Source: Veleropilina oligotropha (Eukaryota). From it: a stretch of 64,000 bases of DNA. Positions 40,901 to 55,900 of this stretch are shown here, in pieces. The DNA lies in contig JBEUKZ010000131.1 of assembly GCA_048128005.1 (NCBI GenBank), forward strand, positions 248,001-312,000. Reading direction: 5' to 3'. The notes beneath the pieces were generated by a model, which made no database searches, had not been told where the DNA came from, and saw nothing but the letters and a program-made list of their open reading frames with translations. The number at the start of each line of letters is the position of its first letter. The first letter of the stretch is position 1. A program made the position numbers and the translations under genes.

Positions 40901-43900
40901 GACTTAGTAATTTTACGTTTAATTTGTGCCCTGAAATGCCGGTTAACCTTTGCGTTCAAGTCAGCTTTTCAGCAACTGCTGGGCCTAGGTCTACCAAACT
41001 TGGCTATCACTTACTCCTTGGGTGCCTCACCCCAAACCACCCACCCATGCATGTCCTTGACCTACTTTTTATGCTTGAATGACTTAGTAATTTTACACTT
41101 AATTTGTGCCCTGAAATGCCGGTTAACCTTTGCGTTGGAGTCAGTTTTTCAGCAACTACTGGGCCTAGGTCTACCAAACTTGGCTATCACTTACTCCTTG
41201 GGTGCCTCACCCCAAACCACCCACCCATGCACGTCCTTTACCTACTTTTTATACCTGAATGACTTAGTAATTTTACGCTTAATTTGTGCCCTGAAATGCC
41301 GGTTAACTATGACTACACACTATAGCAGGTATTCTGAAAAGTTTGATTAACGGTATGCCTTGAAGTATTGAGGATGACGAATTAGCATTCTTTCTATGAA
41401 TAGAAATGTAATTTTTTGGAAGAGTAAATTTATTTCTGTTGTTTACTTATGTAATATTATATGTGTACGATGAAAGGGACATGTGCTTATCTGTAAGACT
41501 TGCTCACTGCCAATAGGCACAGTAAGCTGTTAAGCTTAATGGTCACTCTGTGAAGCTGGGATTATCAAAATCAGATGGATTGATTGGATTTTGATAACTG
41601 GCTTCCCCATTGGTTTATTCCATGGGTATCTTGAAATGGCAGTATATATTACCATTACAAGAACAGACTGTATCCAGTGTCTAATATCACTCTCTATTTA
41701 AGTCTCCTCTACTGATCAGGGTTAAAATTATTGTATGATATGATATTGTATGACAATACAGTTGTCTAAACGGAGAATTGGGCCAAGTGAGGTAAGACCA
41801 CCTACAACAAGTTATTGTAAATTCAGACAAGAGTTTGCAATTTCTCACGAATACATGACTGTATATTGCAGTCTCTAAATGGCTTCAGATACATGTCACT
41901 GAGTCATAAACCACCAGTTCTTCATCCTCGAGAAGATGACATGCAACATACATTGTTATACTTTCCCGGACACCAGCAGATGCAAGATATTCAGGATGGT
42001 TTTGCTTTTATTTCACATTTAATATTAACAGGGCTGATTCATGTTTTATAGCTACACATTTTGGAGGTCAAATAACAGACGAGCGTTTGCATCGTTTTGC
42101 GGTGCTCTTGTTAATTTGTCTCACAAAGTATTCCATTAGAACAACATATACCGATATAATGCTTTGTCAAAACTACCAAGTGTCGATAAGATCACGCTAC
42201 TCAGTTCTGAGAAAAGCGCATTTTAATGTTTTCAAAAAATCAAAGATTGCGACGAAACCATGGCATTTATTGGCTAAAATTTTGCGGCAAACATTACTTG
42301 ATATCGATGCGCACTCACCCTGGAAGATTGGAAAGATTTCGTCGAGTGCATTGAAAGATACTGCAGAAATGAAAAATTGAAAAAACTTCAAAATTTTGTC
42401 AAGATTAGGACGCCCGTAGCGATCTTAGCATTGAAAAAATGAAAATTTCATTTCCAAGAGATTGTTGTCTCAATAGTCTAGATCATGCCTTTGAAGATTT
42501 TGTCTCGATCTCGAAAGCCGTGTAAGACTTATATCGTTTTTGAAAAGAGGTCATTTTTAATTTTGTCAAGATTAGGACGCCCGTAGCGATCTTAGCATTG
42601 AAAAAATGAAAATTTCATTTCCAGGAGATTGTTGTCTCAATAGTCTAGATCATGCCTTTGAAGATTTTGTCTCGATCTCGAAAGCCGTGTAAGACTTATA
42701 TCGTTTTTGAAAAGAGGTCATATTTTTTTACAAAATTGAACATTACGACCAAAGCATAAAATCCCGAAACTTGAAAATAGAACGAGGCAATGCTTCAATG
42801 ATGTGCCCAAGCACACATGAATTTTGAAAGCTGTAGCTATAGCCGTTTTCGCGCTAAAGTGCCCACAAAAAAACGTCAGAATAAGAATAATAACCGGTAC
42901 AATTTCAATAGGGCTTCAAGCTTGAAAGAGCTTGAAGCCCTAATAATAAATTTATTTACAATAACATTACATAATAATAATAATATATATACAAAATTCG
43001 TTTGAAATAATTATTGGTATATTTACAGATGCATTTATAAATGCATAAATATAAATACACATACACATACATAATTATACATATACACATACGTGCATAC
43101 ATATAAACACATATGTATATAATAATTACTATTATGCACATGCATACACACAGTCATATGCATACACATGCATACGTGCATGCATATACAAATATATAAA
43201 TATATAATTAACGTTTTGTAGAAAATATTAAAAAAGTATAAATATAATAAATATGTTGTATGGTAGGATGATCTATGAAACCCTTTCGGGCCTATAATTA
43301 GATACCCTTTTGCTGTTGTTTAAAATATAATAAATATGTAAGTACATAATGTAAATATAATATTATAATGTATACAGATGCAATTATGTTATAAAATATT
43401 GTGGTAAATCATTGATACTCATTATGAAGATTTAGTTTTAAATGATTTTTAAACATATAAATGGAAGATGATTTTCTGATGGATAATTCAAGAGAATTCC
43501 ACAGAAATCGACCTTGATATTTCATTGAAAACATTCTAACATTAGTGCGACATTTATTGATATGATAATTATGCTTTTTTCTTGTATTGTATGAGTGTGT
43601 CTGTTCATTAGTGTGAAAGTACTCTTTGAACTTTGGCGGCAACAAATTGTTAAAATATCTAAACATAAAATTTAAGGTTTGATAGTTGTTAATGTCCTAA
43701 ATAGTTAATTGATGAAATTGTTTAAAAAGAGTTAAGGAGTGTTCAAGATAGTCAGATAAAGAAATAATACGTATTGCTTTCTTTTGAAGCATAAATAATT
43801 TTCGCAATCTTTGTTTATAAGTAGATGCCCATACAATATTACAATATTGAAAGTATGGCAATATTAAGGTGTTGTAAAGGGTTGGTAGAACAAAAGATGA

Positions 43901-46900
43901 AGTTTATATTCAAGCTTATTTATCACACCTATACTCTTTGATATCTTTTTTTTAATATTATCAATATGATATTGCCAATTTAACTTGTTGTCAATCGTTA
44001 CTCCAAGAAATTTTGTATAAGTGACTATATTTATTTCATTTCCATCAATTTGTATTAAATTATCGTTATACATTATTATGTTTGTTCTATTATTATACAA
44101 TTTATTTTCTTAATGTTTAATGATAGTTTATTAACTTTAAACCACAAAGTAACTGTCTTTAATTCATAATTTATTATCTATTAATGTATCAAAATTTTCC
44201 TGAGTGAAAAATATGTTTGTGTGTATCATCTGCAAATAATATGAATTTCAAAACATCCGTTGAATTTATGAGGTCATTAATGTATAAGAGAAAGAGTAAA
44301 GGTCCCAACGTTGAGCCTTGAGGGACACCACATGTAATGTAATTTGAATCTGATAAAGTTTTGTTATACGATGTAAATTGCTGTCGATTCGATAAATAAC
44401 TTTTAAACCATTGAAGCGGGATTCCTCCAATACCAAAAAATTCTAATTTCTTTTCAAGAATTTTATGATTGATGGTGTCAAATGCTTTCGAAAGGTTTTT
44501 ATAAGAATTTATATACTCATATTTATTTCAAACCCTGTTGACGCCGATGATGGTGAGATTAGATGGCTCTAATGATGCGGAATGCAACACATTTATTGGA
44601 AACACTAATAGTTATACAGTAAAATATGTGCTTCAATATGTTTCATACCAACAACATTCATATTATACATTATCAAGGTAATCTATTGAGATGTTCTTGG
44701 TTCTCACCACATGTACACTACTTGTAGATAATTGTATCTTGGGTGTGAAAATCTAGTTTTCTTTCCATTATTGACTGATTACTGCTGTGTGACCTCTTGA
44801 TGGAATTATTTTCAACTGAAGAGCAGAGTATTGTGTCCCGGAATGTGGGTACTAAGTGTGTCTGAATTCCCATCAGGTGACATCGGTTTCTTAATGAGCC
44901 GTGTGCTTTGATTTGATTGATTGTGGGTATGTCAATCATGAATGGCTGATGTCCTACTTTGGCTGGGATGTCAGTAAAGTTTGCGTTTGTGTGTTTGTCT
45001 TTCACCTGTCTCTACAACTCCGCTATGGTTATCAGTTTGAGTGTAATTTATTTGTTTACTCAGTACAGGGTTGGTATAAAACATGTTATTGGACACTATT
45101 AGAACGGGTTCACCGAAAAATATGTGGTATAGTTAAATAAATCTAAAAATATAAATACAAACTCTTTAGAGTAAGAAAGATATTGTTGAAAAACGACTGA
45201 AAATGTGATGTATTTATTAAACCATTCAGTTTCTTTGGCCATATTTTATAGCATCATAAATCATAACGGAATTAACCCACACATTATATGATCAGATAGG
45301 CTTATACCTGCCTAGCTCAAAGCATGTGACAAGTTACCTCAAAAGTATGTCAAAACAGGTGGTGACTGGGGCTGGAGTTAGCATACTCTATCTGTGGGCA
45401 TTGGGGATATTCAGTATTAGAAGAATTTCTTTACAGATGAGAGATTGTTGACCGGGTTTGACCTAAAATGAAGTGTCAACAGGATTATCTGGTTCTAGGC
45501 TTACTTTGTTGACAGTAAACTTATAATGGCTCATTACCCCTGTTATCGGAATAAGTGCAAATGGGGTCCTCGCTGCTTTACATTGGAAACATTGATAGTA
45601 GTGAATGGAAACATCATGGATTTAATTTGACGAAAAGTTATATCCTGCACCATAAAACTGTGTGAACTGCAATCAGAAATGAATGAACTTGTGGATTAGG
45701 ATGTCGTCAACTGTTGGCTATTATTAGTGGAAAGTATGAGATCGATTAAAAATGTTGCCTATGTTACCATCTTTACCAACTTGAAAATAAAGCATCTGTC
45801 GCTGGAGGTTATTAGATATGGTAAGTGGTGTTTTTTGGTACAATGCATTAATATGAATCTAGGGTACTTGATCATTGTTGTGCAGTTGTGCAGATACTGT
45901 GTGACAGAATTTCAATAACTTGCACTGCATCTGTCTGGTTATTTCTGGTGCATTCATTACTAATTACTCTTGTCATGAATACTTTTAGGGTAACTATATT
46001 GATTGTATCTTTAGTAAGTATTGTAGTCATTGCACAAGTGTATTCTACTTTAGCTCCAGAGTTTCCTGAAGTCACCTCAGTCGAGGAGAAGCCCGCACCT
46101 GAGGCGGAACCAGAAGGCAGGGCACCGGAATTCATCCTGAAGATTAAGCCACTGCTGGTGAGCCTCTTACATAATACTCACTACATTGAGGGTGATACTT
46201 GATAATTGTATTTCTGATATGCTAATATAATGTTTAAAATACAGACATATGGCAGAGTTGTGTTCATGGTTTAGTCAATTTCATTGCTGAAGTGATTATT
46301 GCTATGCCACACTATCATTTTATATGTGAAAAGTATTTTTCATGTGCAGCATTTCATGTACAGTATGTGATATTTCATGTACAGCATGTGATATTTCTTG
46401 TATTTTATACGTTTCTAAATAATCCTTCCTTTTACGTCATTTTTTTGCATTTGTTACCTTGTATCTTTCAGGCTAATGAGTCTGAGATTGCCGACTTCTG
46501 TTGTGAGGTGGTTGGAGAGCCGCAGCCAGATATACGATGGTCGTACAATGGGTCGGACCTGCAGGACGAGGGACGCTACATGATATTCGATGAGCAGGGC
46601 CTGCATCACCTCGAGGTCTACGACGTGCTCCCGGCAGATGCGGGCACCTACAGCGTCACGGCCGAGAACAGCCTGGGCAGCGCTACGTGCTCCGCGGACC
46701 TGCAAGTGGAGAGTGAGTGAAAACACGGATTTATTGTATTCTGTATCTTTAACCATAGATCCAGTTTGGAAAATAGGTGTCTTTTAGTTACATTTACTTG
46801 TCTGGTGAGGTCTTCATGTTTCGGCTCCTACATTTTCAAATGACCATGTACAAGTTTTCTTTATCTATTAATGATGTGAATCTAATAAATAGACAAAAAT

Positions 46901-49900
46901 TCCAGAATATGGCATAATTACACCAAAATAATTATGTATTGTTCTCTGTCAGACAAAATTGGTTGTACGACCCTGCGATAGGAAAAAATAAATATTGCCA
47001 CACTGACTGTACAGGTGCGGCAGTATCTGTTAGACTCACGGTCAAAGATTGCTTAAACCAGATATTTCACATTTTTCTTCCAAAACAAATCGACATGACT
47101 CTAGATGCTAGAAGAGGCAATGAACTGCTTGTAAAAGCTATCTTTTATGTACATATAAAAAACTGTGTTTTTAGGTAAACCACTTGAAGAAGTACAGCCT
47201 TTGGAGCCACCTAAGTTCCTCGTTGTAATCGAAAACGTGGAAGCAACTGTTGGAGAGACCGCCAAATTCACCTGCAAAGCAAAGGGAGTGCCAACACCTG
47301 AAGTCCTGTGGTTGAAAGACGACAAGGAAATTAGCAAATCAGATGTGTTCGTAATCGAATACCCGGAGAATGGAGAATCATCTCTACTAATTGTCAGCGT
47401 CAACCTAGAGCATGATGGGAGATACACCGCGGTGGCTAAAAACGAGGCTGGCACCGATACCTGCAAAGCAGAGCTGTTTGTGGAAGGTAAGTAATTTGTA
47501 TTCATGCATTTGAATTATTATGTCATTTGACACTAATTATCATGATTAGTGTTCTACATGAAAGATCACACATGCACTATATGGATAAAAAATGACCGAT
47601 TTGAGTGTAACAGTAATGTATTCACACTTTCAGACCTGCAACCTGTGGTTAAGGAGAGTCTGCCCGAGTTTATCAAGATTCCAGATTCGGTGACTGTACG
47701 CGAACATGACCAGGCACAGATTCTGGTGCGAGTCACAGGAAACCCCAAGCCTACAGGTCAGTTGATGGGTGTGTTGTCTACAAGTATTTATGTTCATGAT
47801 ATTCACTTCTGATATCTGGCTTATCTTCTGAAATATTTTCTTCTGCCCGATCTTCTAACTAATCTTCTAGATCTTCCTCGCAAATCGCCACGGAACAGTC
47901 AAAAATATATTATAAATGTTTATGTAGATAAAAAATAGCTCCAACGATAATTTCGCACCTGATAATCAACTATTGATGCTTCTGTAATCTGCGGTTTTCG
48001 TCAATGTGATGTTAGTATTTGATCAGTATATCATTGGTGTATATATTTATTTACCCAAGCCACTTCTTCCATGATCAACTGGCTACTCAGTGGTTGAGTG
48101 ATTCAGTAACAAGCATGGCTCGATCGATCACATTGAATGTTGAATCCTCGGACCTGTACTTTGTGCTGTTAAAAGTCACAGTTGTTCATAAATATAGGAT
48201 GCGGGCAAGTTTTCACTTCTGACCTGGTTCTTCTCCCGCAGGAATATAAATATGTCCTGGTATATGACCCCTGAACATTGTTGAATGAGGCACAACGATC
48301 GATCCAAATGAAACGAAACTATGACAACTTTTAATGATTTTGGGATTTTTTTCTTAGTTACCTGGGCATTCGATAATGAAGTCTTGACCAGTGAGGATCT
48401 TTATCGCTTTGATAAATTTGACGACAGCTACTGCATGGAAATCAAAGACACCATGGTGGAAGATGCAGGCCCCTACACATGCATAGCCAAAAACACTGCC
48501 GGCGAAGCCACTGCACAGATACCGCTCAAAGTTAATGGTGAGAGAGGATTTTGAAATTTAAATTCACTGTCGACATAAAACATAATGTAGAAAATTAGCA
48601 AAATGATGGATCATGGCCTGGATGTCATTAAAGTTTTGTGCGACAAGAGTCATAAATACATTTCTTTCGTTTTAATGCCAATTACATAATGTACTAAATG
48701 TAGCAAATGAAACATTTTCAAAAGATTTTTCAAAGTTGATGTGATATACCTATATTTGATATCATTTACAGATATGTTATATCGTTTTGCTTCCTTGCAT
48801 TTTTGCATTCTAATTCCATTAACATTGCTAGATTTATTATGAATATTCATTTTAATGAACCATTTGACCATCGTGGTTGTCAAGGCCATATTTAATATAG
48901 AAAGGAACAATAATCTGTGTTTGTATGTCTTCATTACCATGTGGTATGTCGACGTTGACATGCATTTTTATTTCAGAAATTAAACGTGATGAGCGACTAT
49001 CCGAGTCTCCCCTTGTCCTCCGGCACAAAGAGGAAACGCAACCCCCTCAGTTCATGGAGGTCATCCATGACACTGTAAGCAGCAGATTGTGAATACCATT
49101 TCGAATTGTTCTTTTTTAAATTGAGTACATAAATATTCATTACAGATTTATTTTTCCGATTTTGGTTGGGTAATCCTCTATCGTTATAGAATATTTTGCT
49201 AATGGCTAAATTGAATTATGTAACTTATCAGTTCTTGGCTCAAAGTTAATCATGAACATTAATTCTGTATGATGCTTGTTGCAGACTATTGAGGCCCAGC
49301 AGACTCTGTCGCTGTCCTGTACGGTTACTGGAGTGCCACGGCCGTCGGTACTATGGTTCAGGTGAGAGGAGAATGTTTCATGTAACGTGCTGTGCTGTGT
49401 TTACTACCACCCTGTCCGTAATGCCAGAATGTGCTCTTGATAAAGGCAATAGCATATATGTTTCCCTCGGTTAACATAGTTGATCTCAGTGCGTACGTGT
49501 GGACAATAACAGAAATTGTCAATATATGTTAGACGTAATGTATTTCATGTATATTAACTGTATTTCTGACAAGGAAACTTGAAATTGGATCACGACGGAC
49601 ACAGGTGAGTGCAAATCAAGAGTCTTTTGCTGTATTTTGTATCTAAGAGTGCTGTATTATAGATTGTTATATTTGAAAATAATTATTTTCTTTCAGAAAT
49701 GACAAGGAATTGTCACCTTCTCCAAAGATTAAGATCACCCATGATGAAGACCAATGTGCCTTGAAGATCTCTAATGTATCTCCCTCAGCCGACGGCACGT
49801 ACAAATGCCTGGCCATGAATTCGGCTGGAGAAGCTGAATGTGCCGGCTCAGTCACCATTGAAGGTGGGTGCTATAAAAAGTCTCTAAAACAGACCTTAGT

Positions 49901-52900
49901 ATCAAGTAATGACGAGAACTGTACAACGATATCTAGCTGTCTCAATGTTACATGGTGACGATGAAACATATAGTCTTCAAGTCAAGTGGTTAATCCATGT
50001 TGATCCAACTGTCACAAATTTACCTGTGTTTGACATATTGATAATTTCAGAATAACAAAATGCATTATTATAAATAAACCTGTTGCAGTTATTCATGTTT
50101 TGTATTTGGTATTTTTCTGAATAGCCCCACTTGGTCGTTACTGCTACATTGATAGTGCCATGTATCAGCTCATTTAATAAACCACTTTTTGTTTGCAGCT
50201 CCTACAGAGCCACCGGTGTTTGTGCGAGACCTCACGGATAACGAGTGCCGTGAGGGACGTCCTGTGAAATTCGACTGCACAGTATCGGGTCTGCCAGAAC
50301 CAGATGTCCTATGGTAAGGGTATCCGTATTTATTGTGAACTGAACAGTAATCACCTGAAAGAAGATTTATTTGTCTATTAATATAACTGTTCAACAGATA
50401 TAAAGTACATAAATGTTGAGTCACATGTCCCTAAATGAATAAGGCCTGTATGAATTAAATTATTATTGACAATAGATGAAAATGAGCTGCCTGATTCAGT
50501 AAAATTTACAACTCAATTTCTGATTATTAGGTACATCAATGACAAACCTGTTGAGGAAGGCGACAAATTTAAGACTCTCAAACATCCCGGATTTGAAAAC
50601 TTTCACCACACTCTGGACATAGAACCTGCTGAACTAGCGGATTCTGGGATTATTAAAGCCATAGCAACCAATAAAGTGGGAGAGGCAAATACCACTGCTA
50701 AGCTGACGGTGGAAGGTGAGGATATGATATAGAACTATGTGTTAAAATAATAATAATGTGAAGATTTATCTGCGCTTTCCCACACATACGAGATGCGTGC
50801 TCAAAGCGCTTACATTATTATTACCTGGTTATTGGCCCGTTCATTCAATATACATTCAATATTCCTTCCTGCCAACCAGTACCCATTTAGATCTCGGATC
50901 AGCTGGGTGAACCGAGGCAACATATGCTAAATTCCTTGCCTAAGGGAAGTCGCCGGGATCGGGGTTGAACCCAAACCTCTCGAGTGAGAGGTCAGTGCAT
51001 CTACCACAGTACCACGGCTGCTATGGAGGTATATTTACTGGCATCTAGTTACGGATAGCAGCATTGGGAGATAACTATGATTGATCTGCATATAACCAAT
51101 GAATTGACCATGGAGCCAAGAGATTAAGACAACTACTTTAGTCATGATCACCATAGAAAATTAACATGTATAGACAAAACATGAAAATTAACATGTATAG
51201 ACAAAACGTGAATACTTCTGAATTGGTAAATTGTACTAAATTATATCTTCTAATTGGTATATCAATCGAGTAGAATTCGCTTTAAGCAGAAATTGATATT
51301 GATTGTCTAAAATTAAATTTAATGCATTACAGAGAAGAAAGAGGGTCCAAAGTTCATCAAGAAGCTGGAGACGGTTGAGATTCTGGAGCACGAGACGGCC
51401 AGGATGGAAGTCATGGTGAAGGGTAAACCGCGACCGACGGTTATCTGGTGAGTAGCGTTATGCATCCAGCACCTGCACGCATAACTAAGGTAACATATTC
51501 ATTGAAACTTGGACCTGTTATGTCTATCAACAGAGAACACCTTACTGATATAATTTTAATGATGGAGCCATTGAGATAATATTTTGGCCGACATGCTGTG
51601 AGACATTACGTCTTGTGTGCATGCCTTTGATACCAATTATATGACCTGAGCTTGCTTATTACAGGCTGAAGGGAGACAAGGAGCTTAAGCCCAGTGATAA
51701 CCTGTCCTTTGAAGATGATGAAGACACCCATGCGATGACCTTTAAGAGTGTCGCTAACGACGAAGGTGGCCTCTACACCGCCAGGGCGATCAACTCGTCT
51801 GGTCAGATGGCCTGCAACGGTCGACTCAAGATCACACGTAAGACATAGCACACCTGTAAAAGTAATATCCATTCTTAAGTTGTCTTTAAACTGATTATAA
51901 AAAATGCCTCACATGCGCCAGATTACTGATTTTAGTATTCATTTTATATGACTTTTTTGTATTTATTATTTTCACCATGTATGGAATTCATCTGCATAAA
52001 TTAAAAAGTAAACTATCCAATGTTATGTGAATGTGATTGAGTAGATTTTGAAACCTTTCAGTTTAAGCTTATATTTCGAACTGTATTAGTGAATCTTGGT
52101 GACACATTACTTCATTGCTCAGACATGTGATCCAGCATTGATATATACCGGTAATGCACATTGCTATTTCTTGTGTTCTTGTCATAACAATTTGATTTGT
52201 TTCTTATAGCTGTAAAGAAACCTAATATTGTGAAGAAAATTGAAAGTGCCTTGGCGCCGGAGCACGGTAGTGTGAAGTTTGAGTGCAAAGTGCAAGGCGT
52301 CCCAGTTCCAGACGTCAAGTGGTAAGAGGAGTAATATGCTTATAACAGATAAATGAGAATAACAAGCAAGTGGAATCATTGTACACTACTTAGTGATGAA
52401 TTTATCTAGTACAGATATTGATGCATAATGAATGGGGCCTCTTTTCAGGTTTATTGGTGATAAAGAAATTGAGCCAAGTGACAAGATTCACATGGACTTC
52501 AACGAAGTCGATAAGACGTACACCCTGACCATCGATGATGCCACACCTGAGATGCAGGGCCCCATCAAAGCCGTCGCCGTCAACTCTGGAGGCGATGTGC
52601 TCACCACTGCCAATCTCGAGGTCAGGGGGCGTGCACCTACCTTCAAACAGGTCCCGCTGAAATGCACTCTATTAGAAGGTAAGTTAACGCGTATATATTG
52701 GCATTTGTCTACATGCTGAAATAACGTAGCCATCCAATTAACTCTTCCATATGTCAAGCACTTATTTAACTAATAGTAGTTAATTCGTCAATTGACTTCA
52801 ATAGATCTGTTTTGTCTGATTGAGAACTATAGCCAAAACAAAATAATTTGGCGAAAAAGGCAAAATTCGTTAATTGGCTAATTATTTCTTTCAGACGACG

Positions 52901-55900
52901 TTGCTGAATTCCGTTGTATCGTCGACGGAGAACCATCACCCAAGGTCGAATGGTCGAAGGGCAAATGGCAGAAACTTCAGACCGAGGGGCGCTGTAAGGT
53001 GTTCTATGACAACGAGACAGGGGAACATGTTCTCGTGCTGGCTGACATCAAGAGCAAAGACGCCGGCACGTACACTGTGACCCTGACCAACGAGCACGGC
53101 ACTGAGCAGGCACCCGCCACTCTGATGGTCACCGACAAGATAGAGGAGGTGGTGGACTGGAAGGCCAAGCTCGTGCACAGGTACTAGGTGATATCGATGA
53201 TGTGGCAAATCAGTACATTAAACATTCATCATATAGGCTAATCTTCTATACACCGTAATATCAATAATGGATGATATAAATACAGAAGAAGCTGCATTAA
53301 ATTAAAAATTAATGTATCCCATGCTATGATGTTTCATGCTGTTAATAATTATTTCAATCGAAAATTGCATGTTTATACATGTAGTACTCACTTCAGCAAC
53401 CATCATGTGAAGTCAAATTAACTACCTCATTTAGAGCTTTCAAGTATGATTGCAATCCGTTGAAATTAAACTGTTTTATGTCAGACATTTCGCTGGAACT
53501 TTAAAGCACTTATCGTTTTAAATAAATGCTGCAATGTAGAAGTAAGTAATCCAGTGCCTATGATTGTCCACTCATTTGCAGGGTTTCTAATGTCCAAGAG
53601 GAGGACTTTGATGAGGTGAACTGGCGTGACCTTTTGCGTCACGTTGAGGAGGGCGAGGATCGAAGTCCATCCAAAGAGAAGAGTCCCAGCGTCATGTCTC
53701 AGGACGGAGTGGTCGTGTCAGCTGACTTCCAGCTGCCCGATCGAACAGAGGTCTGATATTAATAAATGTACACTGTACAATAGAATCAGCCATGTATGGG
53801 AAACCAGTGATACCGCTAAAATTTACTTACAACTCCTTATTTTATTTAATCGCGATTGTTGTAGCAGAATCTAAATGGCGTTAAACAGGTCAATTGATAT
53901 AAGTGACAAAAATCCTGCAGACAATTTTAGGTTGAATTTGGCAACCAAATTTATGATCACTTACCTGCCAGTATTTGTATATTATATCTTCTCAGGCTAC
54001 TCAAAGGTTTATTAATGGAATAGTTAGATCTTCTTGTTACATATATGATAGATGTGCTTTTTCTGCAAAAATATGTTTTAATTATTTAGCAAGACAAAAG
54101 GTTGAAATTATTTCTTGAGTCTGTTGTATTGTTCTGACATCAGGTGGAATCGGAATATACATCGCTCGACTACGACTTTACTCAGCGAGAGCGCATTGAG
54201 CCTGAGACCGCTGAACTGACCTTGACTCCGCTCAAAACCCTCGAAGAGGAGAGTGATGAATTGGAGAAGGGCAAATACCAGAGAGGCAAGAAGGGCTACG
54301 AGGACAGCATGGAGGAAGAAAGCGGCTTCGAGATCACCAAGGCCAAGGTGAGGACACGGCAAGAGATTAGCCAAAGTCATTAATCTCGCTCCGACTGTCA
54401 TGTGGTTTCGGTTGCAGACTCTGAAATCACTGAATCTCGATTGGGACATTGGCATATTTGTTTAGTTGTCCGTAACTGGTCGGAGAGGTTGATTATTGAT
54501 GTCATTGCCATTCAATGGGAACAATTCAACCATCATCAAAATCATTTAATATGCAGAGCACCAAAATTATTTAAGATAGAAAAAGCAAGAAAACAGAATA
54601 CATAACAGCATCAATTCACATTTCAACAAATCTAGCAGCTACAGCAAATCTAATATCAATGCCTCGATACTCATTACTGTATTCATTCTTGCAGTGGAAA
54701 TGGGTTGTTCCCCTAGAGGATATGCGAGTCAAGGAGCGAGATGCGGCCATGTTTGAATGCGAGCTCTCCATCCCCAACATCATCGTAACCTGGAAGGTCA
54801 AAGGTGAAGAGGTCATCCCGACGCCCAAATACGCCATAAAGGCTGATGGCAAACATCACACCCTGGTGATCAGCAAGTGTCGCATGAAGGATCAAGGACC
54901 AGTTTCCTGCAGCTATGGCAATCTGACAACAGAGGCCAGATTAAGTGTCGAAGGTTTGTAAACAATGTATATGGCAATCTTATATATTTAAATTACAGTA
55001 TGATAGTTTACAACTTTCCAAGTTTAGTAGCATCTGCCCTTGTGTGATCCGCTATGGTCATTTGTGTTTATTGCCGATAACAGAATAGGAAGTCTCCACT
55101 GCTCATTTAGGAACTGTATTGCAATCACTGCTAACATGAAAAGAAGATTAAAAATTAACCTGTTGGCATGTATTTATATTTTCTAAATGTTAAATTGATG
55201 TTTAGATATAATAATACTGAATTATAAATTTAATGTGATATTAAGTATGTATGGTAATATAAATGTGTGACATGGCGAAATGGGCAGACCATGCAATAGA
55301 ACGATATCTTTAAATAGTACCTTTGTTCTTGCTTGCAGAAGTTCCAACGGAGTTTATGCATAAACTTCACGACACCAAGGTTGCTCCCAATGCTGATGCG
55401 ACCTTCAAGTGTGAAACATCGTTTGACGACGTCGAAGTCCATTGGCTGATTAACGGTAAACCAGTACCAGATGACACCAAATATGAGGTTATCACCGACG
55501 GTGGAATCCACACTCTGATCATCAAAGATGTCAACCCTGATGAATCATGTGAGGTGACCGTGTATGTCGGTGATGAGTCATCATCCGCCAAACTCATTGT
55601 GTCTGGTGAGTTAATCGGTCAATGCGATCACATGTTACAGCTGATCCATAACTGTATTTATACATACTCAAAATTGTGCTTTATCCTTGTCTTCCACTCA
55701 GACTAAAATAATACGGTCCACATTTGGTAGTTATGGATGAAGGGTGTAAATTTCATCCTTATGACAGTGAATTTACTTCGAATTCCTTGGGTATTTGGAA
55801 ACAGCTGTATTTATTCATTGAGAAGTTAAATTTAGGCAATGTGATTGTTATGTTGTAAATTAGGAGATGATGTGACCCATTTGTTTTGACTTTGAAACAC

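Noticed and set aside
42960..43260. TA/CA-rich tract with short ORFs
   Set aside because: Low-complexity microsatellite-like sequence near the LINE 3' end.
44718..45140. 95-aa and 79-aa ORFs adjacent to the LINE fragment
   Set aside because: No recognisable motif; possibly decayed repeat, but not supportable.
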